Source: a virus (taxonomy: Duplodnaviria; Caudoviricetes). From it: a stretch of DNA of 37,181 nt. Of this stretch, positions 20,101 to 26,800 are shown piece by piece. Each line of letters opens with the position of its first letter. Position 1 is the stretch's first letter. Under the pieces are notes generated by a model. The model was not told where the DNA came from. It did no database searches and saw only the letters and a list, made by a program, of their open reading frames with translations. Both the position numbers and the translations under genes were made by a program. The stretch lies in the IMG/VR virus record IMGVR_UViG_3300020269_000019, positions 1-37,181 of that record. The stretch is one strand, 5' to 3'.

Positions 20101-22215
20101 GATATTGTTAGACTTGCTAATGAATCTTTACTCTTTACTTGTTCTAGTGATAACTATGGTTCTATAAATCCATATCCAAGACAAACTGATCCAATTTATG
20201 GTGGTGTTGGTATTGCTTCTACAACTCCAACAACAATTAGAATGAATGTAGGTGTTGCTCCTGTTGGTAAAAGATATAATCATCAATTTGTTGGAGTTGG
20301 ATCTTATAAGGAATTCCAGTTAACTGTTGATGAAACTTATGCATCTAAATTCTCTGGTTGGAATGTTGGTGACTTCTTAGTTCTTGATGATATTACTCCA
20401 TACTTTAATGGTGAGAGAAGACTATTCCCACTAGCACTTAATGGTGATAGAGTATCATTCTTTGCAAGAGCAAATGCTGGCATTACATTACAATCTAATC
20501 TATTAGTTATTATAAATGATGTTCTACAAACACCTGGTGAAGGTTATACCTTTACTGGTGGTAGCACTCTTAGATTTACAGAAGCACCTAAGGGTGGTGT
20601 TGCAGGATTTACCACTATTGGAGATACTGCAAAAATATTGATGTACACTGGTACTCAAACTATTGACGTTAAAACAGTTGATGTCCTTCCAACTCTTAAA
20701 GTTGGTGATGATGTCCAATTGTATAGTGATACTGACATCACATTTAATCAAGATGAGCGTCTTGTAATGGATGTTAAATCTGCAGACACTATTATTACCA
20801 ATAACTATGCTGGTCAAGGTGTATCACAAAATGAATTACTTCAAAGACCAATTAATTGGTCAAAACAGAATATAGATAAGATTATTGACAATCAATTTAT
20901 TCCTAAAGATAGAGTTTATTATGAACCAAATATTCATCCATATTCAAATATTCTTGAAGATGTTGGTATAAATTCAACTTCTGCATTTGTATATTCTGTA
21001 AGATCACTATTTGATGATCCTATGGAAGCAATGTTAGTTACTGATAGTGAAAAAGTTGAGATATTATATCAAGATGAAGTAGAAACTTGTAAGGCAACTG
21101 CTATAATTGGTAGTGGATCAGTTCAATCTGTTAATATTACATCTGGTGGTATTGGATATACTGGTGCTCCAACAGTCACAATTCAAGATCCATTTAATCC
21201 TGCATTGAGTACAGATGCTGCTACTGCAACTGCTTCTATAACTGCAGGTATAGTCACCTCTATTGCTGTTGGAAGTGGTGGAACAGGTTACATATATGGT
21301 CCTTTAACATCACTTTCAGTAATTCAACAAGGTCTTGGATTCCCATTCTTAGAAAATGGAACTAATACATTTGTTAAAGCAAAATTAAAAACTAAGACTG
21401 GAATGGGCAGAGGTGCTACTGCTAATATTGAAATTAATGTTGTAAATTATCAAATTGGTGCAGTATCTGTTGTAGATGGTGGTACAGGTTATCAACCTAA
21501 TGATGAATTGTTTGTTGATACTTATGATAATGTTGGATTGGGTACTACCAATAGAAGATGGGCATTGACTCGAAGAATGGAGTTTAAAGTCGGAACTATT
21601 GCTGGACCTGAGGTCATGATTTCTCCACCTTCAAGGGTAAAAGAAGAATGTCCTAAGGCAACATACGAAGGTGATTATGGAATAATTGTTGGTGTTGGTA
21701 CAACTTCGATTGCAGGTGTTGCATCAACTGGTATAACGTTTGACTTCTATCTTCCACAAGATTCTAAAGTTAAATCTGGATTCTCTTTAGTACAAAGTGG
21801 TATTCAAACTGGATATCTCTTTAATATTGTAGGATCTGGTGTAAATGGACCTGTTACTACTCTAAGAGGAGATAATTCTGTTCTTGGAATAGGAACTACT
21901 TGTATGGATGCAATGTATGAATGTGTACATTATTCTCATAATACTAGGTTTATCCCTTCAGAGGTGAGTGGTAATTCTGTAGGTATTGCAACAACAGTTA
22001 CAACAGTAGTTGCAAAGATTTCTAGTTTTGATAATGTTGTTGGTTATGGAACTACTTCATCATATGGTGAATATACATGGGGTAAAGTTAACTTCACTGT
22101 TAGACTCCAAAAACAAGCATTTACTGCTGTTCATGGAACAAGTCAAGCAGGAATTGTAACCAATCCTGTAATTCGACGAACTAACCCTCTCAGATATAGC
22201 GGTTACATTACATAA
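5185..22215 (+). CDS. gp7: giant baseplate wedge initiator / structural protein, gp7-like (5676 aa)
   Basis: Uninterrupted 17-kb ORF between gp6 and gp8. N-terminal QVPSFVRD.YP.F..FL..YY and KDFYSAKG...S...LF motifs, internal DNDYYQYFSY...H.SG motif, a YHYH-like segment and many repeats. Confidence 0.85.
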   Translation: MQNRVKARHLIQDQVPSFVRDNYPEFQGFLRSYYESLEEPGGPSDILNNIDQYVRLENLSELVYYTNTTEGIGIFTDEISVDNTQGFPETHGLIQIDDEIISYQSKTPTTFVGCERGFSGITSYKGQVEDSLTFSDTEVEEHVTSSVVYNLHALFLFEFYRKFKAQYAPGFEDVSFFEAINEKIIVSRLKDFYSAKGASSSFDILFKVIFGVDISVVKPRDFLLQPSDADYRIVRDLVVQKMVGDPNDLVNRTLFQDESGKIQKATGSITAVEQLIKDNQAYYRLSLDYNPDIELFKFTVHPKTRITAEVGLGQDYIDVDSAISFPDAGTLNVTIDNVIYDITYTSRSSNQFFGLNSPVVIPITTDITTPDYAYSVDNEGNDIRVKITGVLGELIYDSESSNYYQPGDQVEIISLGFDSQEQIYKSWVSNITPEYDISNIVKLTNNINGAAQYRLTTYDNHIFTLGDIGVLIASDGTTYDVSVLGVGDEKTFDVNLPANLVTANLSFIIRRGISKVLATNLPNLSKVSANLQNVYTSLNHGLRDAYVISPSLPDYFNTPIVPKDQSVLFSGQFNGFELNIGSNPFYSGDPIWYSANNNIPLNIPEGQYYVKKVNASTISLATSKSNIRNGIFVRVFGTVTNNKLELLDFYNKEIKTQNIVRKFSKPEIADESENTTPGQIGMFLNGVELLNYKSSDLVYYGQLEGVDVAAVGDSNYDVINPPILHIEDGVGAGTSNVGTGATGVCNITGSLKRIDIIDKGFDYISSSGNPTVSIFGGEGDGAEAKCNLSSVTHRIKFNTAEEYSDVNLNENTIGFSTYHKLRPQEKVVYKSVDQTVVGGLIDRSIYFVGIVDEKTIKLHTSYKDAVIGINTVDFTGNGEGLQFIEAFDKKNIVSSVEVVNGGSGYKNKTLYFDPFAVNINNNTLKIENHGYKDKETVLFINEGGSFPVGVASTTQYLVKVVDKDNIRIARKVVVGAGESLNEDYFYTNNRFFDFTDQGTGKHKLTYTPIIVSVDGPIGVQTFAGQDFRAKVRPLFTGSIESVSLSQKGTGYGDNEIMNYNRQPVITLINGINAQLSPLVSSTGEIIDVIINNRGEGYNSVPSIEITGDGAGAIITPVVENGKIVEIKIINSGFGYKNTNTFIKVIPTGSGAKFDAKIKTWNVNLVQRLLLSGEIAADDGVLALGLASNKEIEYCHAFSPRELRRKLLSTSVDVDGSVLYRADIYNETNTTKYHSPIVGWAYDGYPIYGPYGYANREGGQVRRLNTGYELRVDVSGIRPPSYASGTFVEDYTFVGGGDLDEHNGRFCKTPEFPNGTYAYFLTIDSTQEVAGPFAGYLKPVFPYVIGKTYKGKSNRYNFSQFSSLDFVDINDSGWVRYTSDYAIRGKNSRYKGFIQPNVFSEGFTEVVSTKPGSVETVNIIAPGDGYAIGDNIFFNNDNTGGSGVYARISELEGKSVDTISVNVEEQEGIQFSPILGKGRFVGFGSTAHNYSVGDLVNIQNLNILATEFSKSYTVGVTTNILTLSTDLAEASATGITTYIDVVGTLTFPTIAIDDVYESNNEQFKVLNIDTKNSRIRVKRNVDGSSLNQPHLAGDLLSEKPRKFTINTGYTTTTQYKLDRVLYFNPEDSLGLISENLVLYSDAVSPSLTGSTWAKSTAGNGIGTVTFYHSKTPDGNIAAAKVGIATTTSATDTVVLQNGLFTLSGNVHTFSAFLKGEEGGEEVWMILQDTAVNVYYHQKVTLTREWKRFKLTTLTNANPHRVQFGANGVAVGSGTTIRATLNARPTFYVAGVQVEQSEFMTPYVATYDTQVLKSAKKVGKTYYQTPGADSASFSPIKDRIHIPGHGLLTGEKVIYNVGAGGSGPQVSVGSTNYWLTDNTELYVARINEDFIGISTNQVGVGTTGTFVGVGTDDIGLLSITSFGAGGEHSFKTTYNDTITGDIIKKTATVETEALHGLSDGDKINIKVKSGITTTFVVKYDDGNRRLLINPVGFAATQVNATNNSFTMYGHGFKQGQKVLHNSDSPTGGLEDSRMYYVIVIDEDTIKLSDYFYEELSSSDDISIVGISTASYGRFSPINPEIQAYRNNTVVFDISDSSLANSGFPAFEFNLYTDDTFTNPFYTVQENVGISTLILDFQVTRSGIIGQQNANLTLIIDDKTPSSLYYGVKPLRNAGASASKVEAFSDSFNILNPNRLTLVDSKYDGSKTITGVTTNTFNYTILETPERSNYSTSDGEATIEYTTESVSARGPVGKISLDSTGRGYKKLPYLDRVVSVAGTGALFLPRSTSIGQLSEVVLTDIGFDYPPDTTLRPAAALPATYKIEPLSKFRLVRIKDPGINYFVPPDIVVVDGFTGRINDEAFLRYNVGDTEVEVVRNTTGLYNVTPILMPTNNPNGTRIDNLTYNNITGDVQVAFAVTFSTAEAFPFKVGEEVIVENTNVQSAFPGRGYNSSAYEFKLFTLTAADANIGGDFPTITYNIKDMLLPGEDPGQFDNFESFGTVTPKAYFPIFEVFLEKDSFAKGEVITAQDNNTGVVQEYDSKNEFLKVRSADQFTEGDVIIGQSSQNQGLISSVDGISGQYKISSNSITKKGWQKDTGKLNRFFQRMHDNDYYQYFSYSVRSPISLEKWDHLVSNLNHTSGYKKFAELLADSYDPAIVGMGTGQDLNAFIAVSDLTSVVDLNTVQDFDTAREKSIIVNNKLVSNEILFGLPFLAKYQEFIGNRVLPIDDFSDDFDGEQRSFGLFCQTQPIFDITFDGSDSSIVNVSEESFNLGNHYFVTGEEIDYIPPGNDFSKAIDIDPTDFGPGIGTTTKLPGSFHVIKLDNQKIQVAVSATDSLRFNPVVVGLNSVGIGTTHRFRGRSPNNRLLITVNGTIQSPIVSTAVTTAVGSIAVGVGSTEVNVSGITSIFSGDLVKIDDEIMLVAGIDKPNGLMSVKRAWMGTLAATHAGFSTITKFTGNYNVVDNDLHFSEALWGDIPVGMGTTGTSNNIDYTGLTTSSRFSGRVFLRSSINEAFTTSFVKAYDNNVVFDDLSTQFNGITTSFILQNKGQDIDTITAGNAIILINDIFQGPQRLGNQITTIDGNYKIEQHNGDTQTLLGFNGKVSDYSKNKDINVNDVPRGGIIVSVGSTDGYGFQPLVAAGGTAVVSSAGTITAIGIGLTGSGYRSGLQTVGVAIQTRSVGIASYTYVGTATVTDGHVTDVTVDKVARFYKPRNIINVGYSSITGITTVQTTQRHGLSLGEEITIVGAAFTCDYYPPINITNAIYNNTTGIMTVTTGITSVNVSDFVYTHTTGIGTITTATPHGIVKQTAIGRTFALAGIAMTCVGYGQTFAVHSAQYDHTTGIATIFTVGNHGLTATDDVKLRELNFVCPVLGAEGYGQQFGINGFTYDNITGLCTVTTATSISGVIGVGSEVRLDNIGVNCTYGNSVYPDGTQGYTFKVLTQPASNQFTFNAGVSTLPHTYVSGGTVTSGITTSVFPDGSQGYSFRTIGVAATSFTTNVGVSSIRHTWNNGGVVQVGITTDIFPGDAQNSPTGDTFELISAPNANTLVFNAGISTIPTTYVSGGSVLLGHKLKVGTDIALTGLGMTCGMSTEVHTYPRNRDTITDTSVAIIADGTEHTVSNAAYNPTTGIMTLTINGHGFHNGDKIRIAEKSLTFTCDKDNNLTTHSYPRKNDPIYGQWVGIANTTVNTFKVQVLESLPSTYTGAHTFVSSTPNGVTHNNGIITLDVGPSGPKHQFTHTFDGTDTFTPTAAAYNPNTGVMTLTVANHPFQLGDYVGIAQSALTFTCTAGSGNHAYPRATDPIYDKWIPVSNITTDTFDVQVLDTIPSTNVGVHTFVSATTGGLSRSVVHSGGTYNHLFISAEADSISVGGGNTKYTPTNVEYTASNGSLVLTIPGHNLTGAASTTVTGAEYDGNVGIMTVTVAGGHNMTTGDWVKFDDASLTFKCDLDSYATEHKYPRAADPAGTNWLQVAVTGSTTFEVNVLESIPSTNTSIHTWHGATTNGLKIAQNTIGIATESIKLSCDMDQHGSEHAYPRRTDPIYRKNIGVASTTADTITVDVGISTIVPYGVSAATYDPATGNLALNIGSHSLSKGTTIKVATNSLVFTCSQDSNATKHRYPRAGDPTYAGTKITRINSNTEFEINVGVANVPTFYKSGGYIEEIILAPRAVNNMPSSQDVAFDGTAVTNIIDEYTFECDSGSSPYPHFYKRSGEVTQDVGVRFDAPLSYENIPLIYSDDSKAGLGTGATVDIEVSNVTGVADFELRNYGYAYGTSDILTVGIGGTVGIPTFKTKTHNSVTPVVAGGRYPHTFVGAANSAVISGGAYDHTFVTATSNAVKVTGAAAFTPTDATYNANTGDMVLTIAGHPYTTSQTVGIDTGGIIFNCMMDGQATQHAYPRPGDPILGYGVTAITAKDTNTITINVGTSATVGHSVNDATYNPETGEMVLTIPDHGLKGSEDYTVTHALYNASTGGMTLTLSGITTLNALQTGDRIKFVDNSISFTCAMDGNSTIHSYPRATDPSSNKWLPVVGVVTSNIEVMVGASGTVYYTPVGAEYNSTTGYMTLAIGEHDLTGPSNYTVTNAIYDPMAGIMTCTVPSHGFSNGDRVKFEDGSISFSCNYGSGGTKSYPRSASIGSTITDPISGKFIVISGVTDDTFNVGVGTATLGINNPHTFVSAYQNGLQKAGEPVVIAPNSINFQCSQDNYATTHQYPRPGTDPIAGVGTPITGVGDTTITLFVGIGTDSDHRFVAGLSSATNAVRAGGNYAHTFSSAITNGIQKAGESIRLTEDALTFKCEMDDYKTEHTYPRSTKNKHRFVRTTAGSIVPNVGTALTPTTADYDGNTGNLILTFPEHNLTAGSNTVGIITGGITFTCELDDHRTEHAYPRTTDFAHNATIGIAATTLTTITINVGKSGITTSDPMYNNAVSVGATTANTITLNIGKAPVEKRFKVENATYDGFTGWMTLTVGQHSLHTGDIVRLANESLLFTCSSDNYGSINPYPRQTDPIYGGVGIASTTPTTIRMNVGVAPVGKRYNHQFVGVGSYKEFQLTVDETYASKFSGWNVGDFLVLDDITPYFNGERRLFPLALNGDRVSFFARANAGITLQSNLLVIINDVLQTPGEGYTFTGGSTLRFTEAPKGGVAGFTTIGDTAKILMYTGTQTIDVKTVDVLPTLKVGDDVQLYSDTDITFNQDERLVMDVKSADTIITNNYAGQGVSQNELLQRPINWSKQNIDKIIDNQFIPKDRVYYEPNIHPYSNILEDVGINSTSAFVYSVRSLFDDPMEAMLVTDSEKVEILYQDEVETCKATAIIGSGSVQSVNITSGGIGYTGAPTVTIQDPFNPALSTDAATATASITAGIVTSIAVGSGGTGYIYGPLTSLSVIQQGLGFPFLENGTNTFVKAKLKTKTGMGRGATANIEINVVNYQIGAVSVVDGGTGYQPNDELFVDTYDNVGLGTTNRRWALTRRMEFKVGTIAGPEVMISPPSRVKEECPKATYEGDYGIIVGVGTTSIAGVASTGITFDFYLPQDSKVKSGFSLVQSGIQTGYLFNIVGSGVNGPVTTLRGDNSVLGIGTTCMDAMYECVHYSHNTRFIPSEVSGNSVGIATTVTTVVAKISSFDNVVGYGTTSSYGEYTWGKVNFTVRLQKQAFTAVHGTSQAGIVTNPVIRRTNPLRYSGYIT
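8881..9219 (+). other. YHYH-like domain segment within the gp7-like protein
   Basis: HSPIVGWAYDGYPIYGPYGY...FVEDY....GDLDEHNGRFCKTPEFPNGTYAYFLT...FPYVIG. Confidence 0.75.
10081..10596 (+). other. inserted carbohydrate-binding-like beta-sandwich domain in the gp7-like protein
   Basis: ENLVLYS...W...TPDG...A..V...TFSAFLKG...TLTREWKRF...YVAGVQVEQ....TPYVAT is the typical pattern of CBM-like phage fibre domains. Confidence 0.6.
14806..17820 (+). repeat. nested protein-repeat block 1 (10 modules)
   Basis: Ten Y-x3-[TNV]-G...H...C...(Y/F/A)P(R/D/G) modules, several of them split by insertion of other copies. Confidence 0.8.
18043..20304 (+). repeat. nested protein-repeat block 2 (7 modules)
   Basis: Seven Y....G.M/L.L...H...F.C...YPR modules between GIPT (ends 18042) and YKEFQLT (starts 20305). 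Confidence 0.8.
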
Positions 22216-22221
22216 TAAATA
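22214..22221 (+). promoter_or_regulatory. T4-type late promoter box
   Basis: AATAAATA overlapping the gp7-like stop codon, ending 27 nt before the gp8 ATG. Confidence 0.7.
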
Positions 22222-22248
22222 AAACATAGCAAAACCTTATACTCGAAA

Positions 22249-23832
22249 ATGGCTGCGATTATAACTGATCAGTTGAGAATCAAGAATGCAAGGTCTTTTA
22301 TAGACAGAATTCGTTCATCAACAGATTCATTTTATACCTTCATTGGTCTCCCTAACGCTACTGAAAATAAATCTGACTGGGATACAAGTCCTCCTGCTCC
22401 CAGAGATTGTTTTGATGACGAGAATTTTTATTGGGATACAATGATCGCAATGAAAAAAATCTCAGCAGATGACATTAGACCTGTTGTTCGTAAACTCTCA
22501 TGGGCATCGGCAACAATCTATGATATGTATAGGCACGATATTAACAGAAATAATTTATCAGATGCATCAAATAAGACTAGTTTATATTCATCTAACTTCT
22601 ATGTTGTAAACAGCGAATTTCGAGTATACGTTTGTTTGCATAATGGAATAGATCCAGAAAACCCAAATGGAAAACCATCTTTGGATGAACCAAAATTTAC
22701 TGATTTAGAACCTCGTGTTGCTGGTACTTCTGGAGATGGATATATTTGGAAGTATCTTTATACTATTAGTCCTAGTGATATTATTAAATTTGACTCACTT
22801 AACTTTATTCCTCTTCCTGTAGATTGGGAGACGAATAATGATTATACAACTATTAGAAATAATGCTAAAACTAGTGGTCAAATTAAAGTTGCTACTATTA
22901 CTAATAGAGGGTTCTTAGTTGGTCCTCCAAACACAACTTATACTAGAGTTCCTATTAAAGGAGATGGAACAGGTGCAGAATGTACTATTGTTATTAACAA
23001 CGACTCTAAAGTTGAATCAATTACTATCTCAAACGGTGGTAGTGGATATACATATGGGTCTGTTGATTTAGTTGGAGGTAATGTTCCAACTGGTAGTACA
23101 ACTCCTATATTTGATATTATTATTCCTCCTCAAGGAGGTCATGGATATGACATTTATAAAGAGTTAGGAGCATCAAACGTACTAATCTTCTCAAGAATTG
23201 AAAATGATGATTCAAACCCTGACTTTGTTACAGGAACTAAGGTTGCTAGGATTGGAATTGTTGAAAATCCACAAGCATTTGAATCTACTTCAGTAATTAC
23301 AGATGATAGAGCAAGTGCTCTTCAAGGTTTGGTATTAAAGGGGTTATCTCCTAATGATGATGATTACAAGACAACTACATTTGCAAGTAATAGTTTTATT
23401 ACTCAGCAAGTGGGAACAGGTCAAACTGCTGTTGGAAGAGTTGTATCTTATGATAAAACTACAGGTGTTCTTAGATATTGGCAGGATAGATCCTTAGTTG
23501 GATTTAATACTGATGGTACACAACAAGCATCTCCAACATATGGGTTTGAATTAAATGAATTTAGTGGTGAACCTATTACTGGTGGTAATTTAAAAATTGT
23601 AGGTGGAACAAAAGACTTATACATAGATTCAGGATTCGGATCTGCCAGTAGTCCAGGTATAAGTACAGTGATAAATAATAAAACATATTATTTGGGACAA
23701 ACCTTTATTAAAGGTGTTGCTAACCCAGAGGTAGAAAAATACACTGGCACGATACTTTACGTTGATAACAGACCTTCTATTACAAGATCTGCTAACCAGC
23801 GAGAAGACATTAAGGTTATTTTGCAATTCTAA
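22249..23832 (+). CDS. gp8: baseplate wedge subunit, T4 gp8-like
   Basis: 527 aa with MAAIITDQLR, W..MIAMKKI, VY.CL.N, GDGYIWKYLYTI and a C-terminal G.ILYVDNR..I.R...Q.EDIKVILQF motif. Confidence 0.92.
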   Translation: MAAIITDQLRIKNARSFIDRIRSSTDSFYTFIGLPNATENKSDWDTSPPAPRDCFDDENFYWDTMIAMKKISADDIRPVVRKLSWASATIYDMYRHDINRNNLSDASNKTSLYSSNFYVVNSEFRVYVCLHNGIDPENPNGKPSLDEPKFTDLEPRVAGTSGDGYIWKYLYTISPSDIIKFDSLNFIPLPVDWETNNDYTTIRNNAKTSGQIKVATITNRGFLVGPPNTTYTRVPIKGDGTGAECTIVINNDSKVESITISNGGSGYTYGSVDLVGGNVPTGSTTPIFDIIIPPQGGHGYDIYKELGASNVLIFSRIENDDSNPDFVTGTKVARIGIVENPQAFESTSVITDDRASALQGLVLKGLSPNDDDYKTTTFASNSFITQQVGTGQTAVGRVVSYDKTTGVLRYWQDRSLVGFNTDGTQQASPTYGFELNEFSGEPITGGNLKIVGGTKDLYIDSGFGSASSPGISTVINNKTYYLGQTFIKGVANPEVEKYTGTILYVDNRPSITRSANQREDIKVILQF

Positions 23833-23849
23833 GGTAATACACGACAACT

Positions 23850-26800
23850 ATGGCACAAGAAATTAATCTCAATGTATCGCCTTATTTTGACGATTTCGAT
23901 GCTACGAAAGACTTTCATAAGGTACTATTTAAACCAGGATTGCCAATTCAGGCAAGGGAATTAACAACTTTACAGTCAATCCTTCAAAATCAAATAGAGC
24001 AAGTAGGAACACACTTGTTTAAGGAGGGTTCTTGTGTAATTCCTGGGCAGATTAATTATAATAATACACTTTTTACTGTTGAGGTTGAAACAACATTTCT
24101 TGGTATTGATCTTACAAAATATTGGGGATATTTAACTAACACGATAGTCAGAGGTTCAAATTCTGGTGTAAAAGCTAAAATTATTACTACTTTGCAAGGA
24201 GCATCCGATAGAGGATACCTTACAATGATTGTGACTTATCTTGGTCAAGGTCTTAATGATAAAGAGCAATTTGATGATGATGAATCACTAATCCTTGATG
24301 AAAATGTAGTAGCAGAAGATACTAATATAACATTACAAGCAGGACAAGGATGTGCTAAAACTGTTGCCTCAGATGCATCATCTATTGGATCTGCTGTATT
24401 CTTATCTGATGGTGTATATTTTATACGAGGTCAATTTGTAAGAGTTCCTGCTCAAACATTAATTTTAGAAGCTCGTAGCGATACTCCAACATATAGAGTT
24501 GGTTTAGAAATTGAAGAGACTGTTATTACATCAAGTGAAGATGTATCTCTTACCGATAATGCAAAAGGATTTAATAATTTTGCTGCTCCTGGTGCTGATA
24601 GATTAAAGGTAACAGCAACATTAGTTAAGAAGTCATTAGATTCTGAGAAAAATGAAAATTTTGTTGAGTTATTGATCGTTCGTAATGGATCTGTAGCTCA
24701 TATTGATGATAAAATCAAATATAATGAACTTGGTGAGGAGTTAGCAAGAAGAACATACAGTCATGCTGGTGATTTTTATGTTAAACCATTCCAGATATCT
24801 GCAAAAGAATCTTTAAATGATAAGCAAGGAAATAATGGAGTATTTAATTCAAATCAATTAACATATAGCAATAATAAACCAAGTTATGACTTGGGTACTT
24901 ATAAAATCTCTCCAGGTAAAGCATTTATCAAGGGTTTTGAAGTTCCTGTAAGAAATGTTGTATATCTTGATTTTGAGAAGACAAGAACAAAGAAAACTTT
25001 AAAAGATCAGGCAGTCAATTATTACACTGGTCCAACTTTAACTGTTAATAGAGCATATGGTGCTCCAAAGATTGGATTTACTACAACATCTTATATTAGT
25101 CTTAGAGACTCCAGAATCGGTTCTGTTGGGCATGTAGCAGGTGGTAAGGAGATTGGACTAGCAAGAGTTTATGACCATGCTCTAGAGTCTGGATCATACT
25201 CCTCAGCACTACCTCAAACTAATGAGTGGGATATTACACTCTACGATATTCAACCATATACTGAGATTACAGTAAACCAAGCAGTATCATTGTCTCTACC
25301 AACTTATATTAAAGGTAAGGCAAGTGGTGCTACTGCTCACTTAAGATATGCTACAACTACTGGTATTATTACTGCATATAACTCAGTTGGTTCATTTACT
25401 CCAGGTGAGAAATTAATCTTTAATGGTATAGATGATAATAGAATTGCAACAGCAATAACTGCATATTCAATATCTGATGTAAAATCATTGAATAGTACTG
25501 TTGGAGTTGGTACATTTAATGCTGATATTAAGCATAAAGAGAAACTTAATTTTGGAACATGTCAGATTGCTCCTAAAACTGGTACAGCACCTGGTTTATC
25601 AACAGTTACAAGTACTGGTATCTCATTCTTCCAGAAGATAAAAGTTGGTGATCTTGTATCTTATACTAACCCAGCAGTTAATACTGGAGCATCTCCAGTT
25701 ATATCTTTTGGTATTGTTGATTCTATTGTTAATGCTGATTCAATTAGAATTGCTGGTATTACTACTGTAGCAGGTATTTGTGATGGTGGATTGCCTACAG
25801 CACAAACAAATGTAAGTGATTTTAAATTACTTGGTTCTAAATTCCAATCTTCTACAGACAACACATTATATACACCTCTTCCTAAAAAGTGGATCTCAGA
25901 TGTTGATGTAACAGAATCATCTATTACAATTAGAAAAGAGTATGATGTAACTATTACTGCTAATGCTACTAATACAGTTCAAGCAGCACAGAATGAGACA
26001 TTCTTACCTTATGATGAAGAAAGATATATTTTAGTTAATGATGCTGGTGTTACTGAAGAATTAACAGCAGACAAACTTCGTTTTACAAATGGTGGTAGAG
26101 AATTAAGAATATTTGGATTGTCTGCTACTGCTGGATCTGCAAGATTAATTGCTACATTGCAGAAGATTAATATTAAGAATAAGGTTAAAAATAAGGTTAG
26201 AACTAACTCTATTGTTGTTAACAAGTCTAAATTGGTAACATCTGGTGTTGGAACAACATCCTTAAATGATGGATTAACATATGGTGATTATGGTTATGGT
26301 TTACGAGTTCAAGATAGAGAGATTTGTCTTGGTGAACCTGATGTAACCAAAGTTTATGGTGTATTTGAATCTGGTGCTCTTGCTGATCCATTACTACCAA
26401 CAGTTACTCTATTCAATATGAATGGACCAACTGGACGTGTTGATGATTTAATTGCTGGTGAAGAATTTGTTGGTAAAACAACGGGTGCTATAGGTATATA
26501 CATTGAAAGGATTAATAGTACTACAGCAGCATTTGTATATCTTAGTGACTTAAGATTAGAATTAAATGAGCAAATTGAATTTGCTGAGAGTGGAATTTCT
26601 GGAACTATTAACGATTTTGATCCAGGTGATCCTGATATTAAGGAAAGATTTGTTTTAGATGGTGGTCAAAGAGAGACTATTTGTGATTATTCTAGATTAA
26701 TAAGAAAACCAAATAGTAGAGATCCTCGTAAGAAGTTAAGAGTTATTTTTGAATCTGCAGAGTTTGCATCTACAGATGATGGTGATATTACTACAGTATC

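Noticed and set aside
14806-20304. CRISPR array or DNA-level tandem repeat
   Set aside because: The similarity is at protein level with diverged codons. There are no identical, regularly spaced DNA repeats.
23670-23677. GATAAATA inside gp8 as a late promoter for the DUF4815 gene
   Set aside because: It lies in AT-rich coding sequence about 170 nt from the next start and could be chance.
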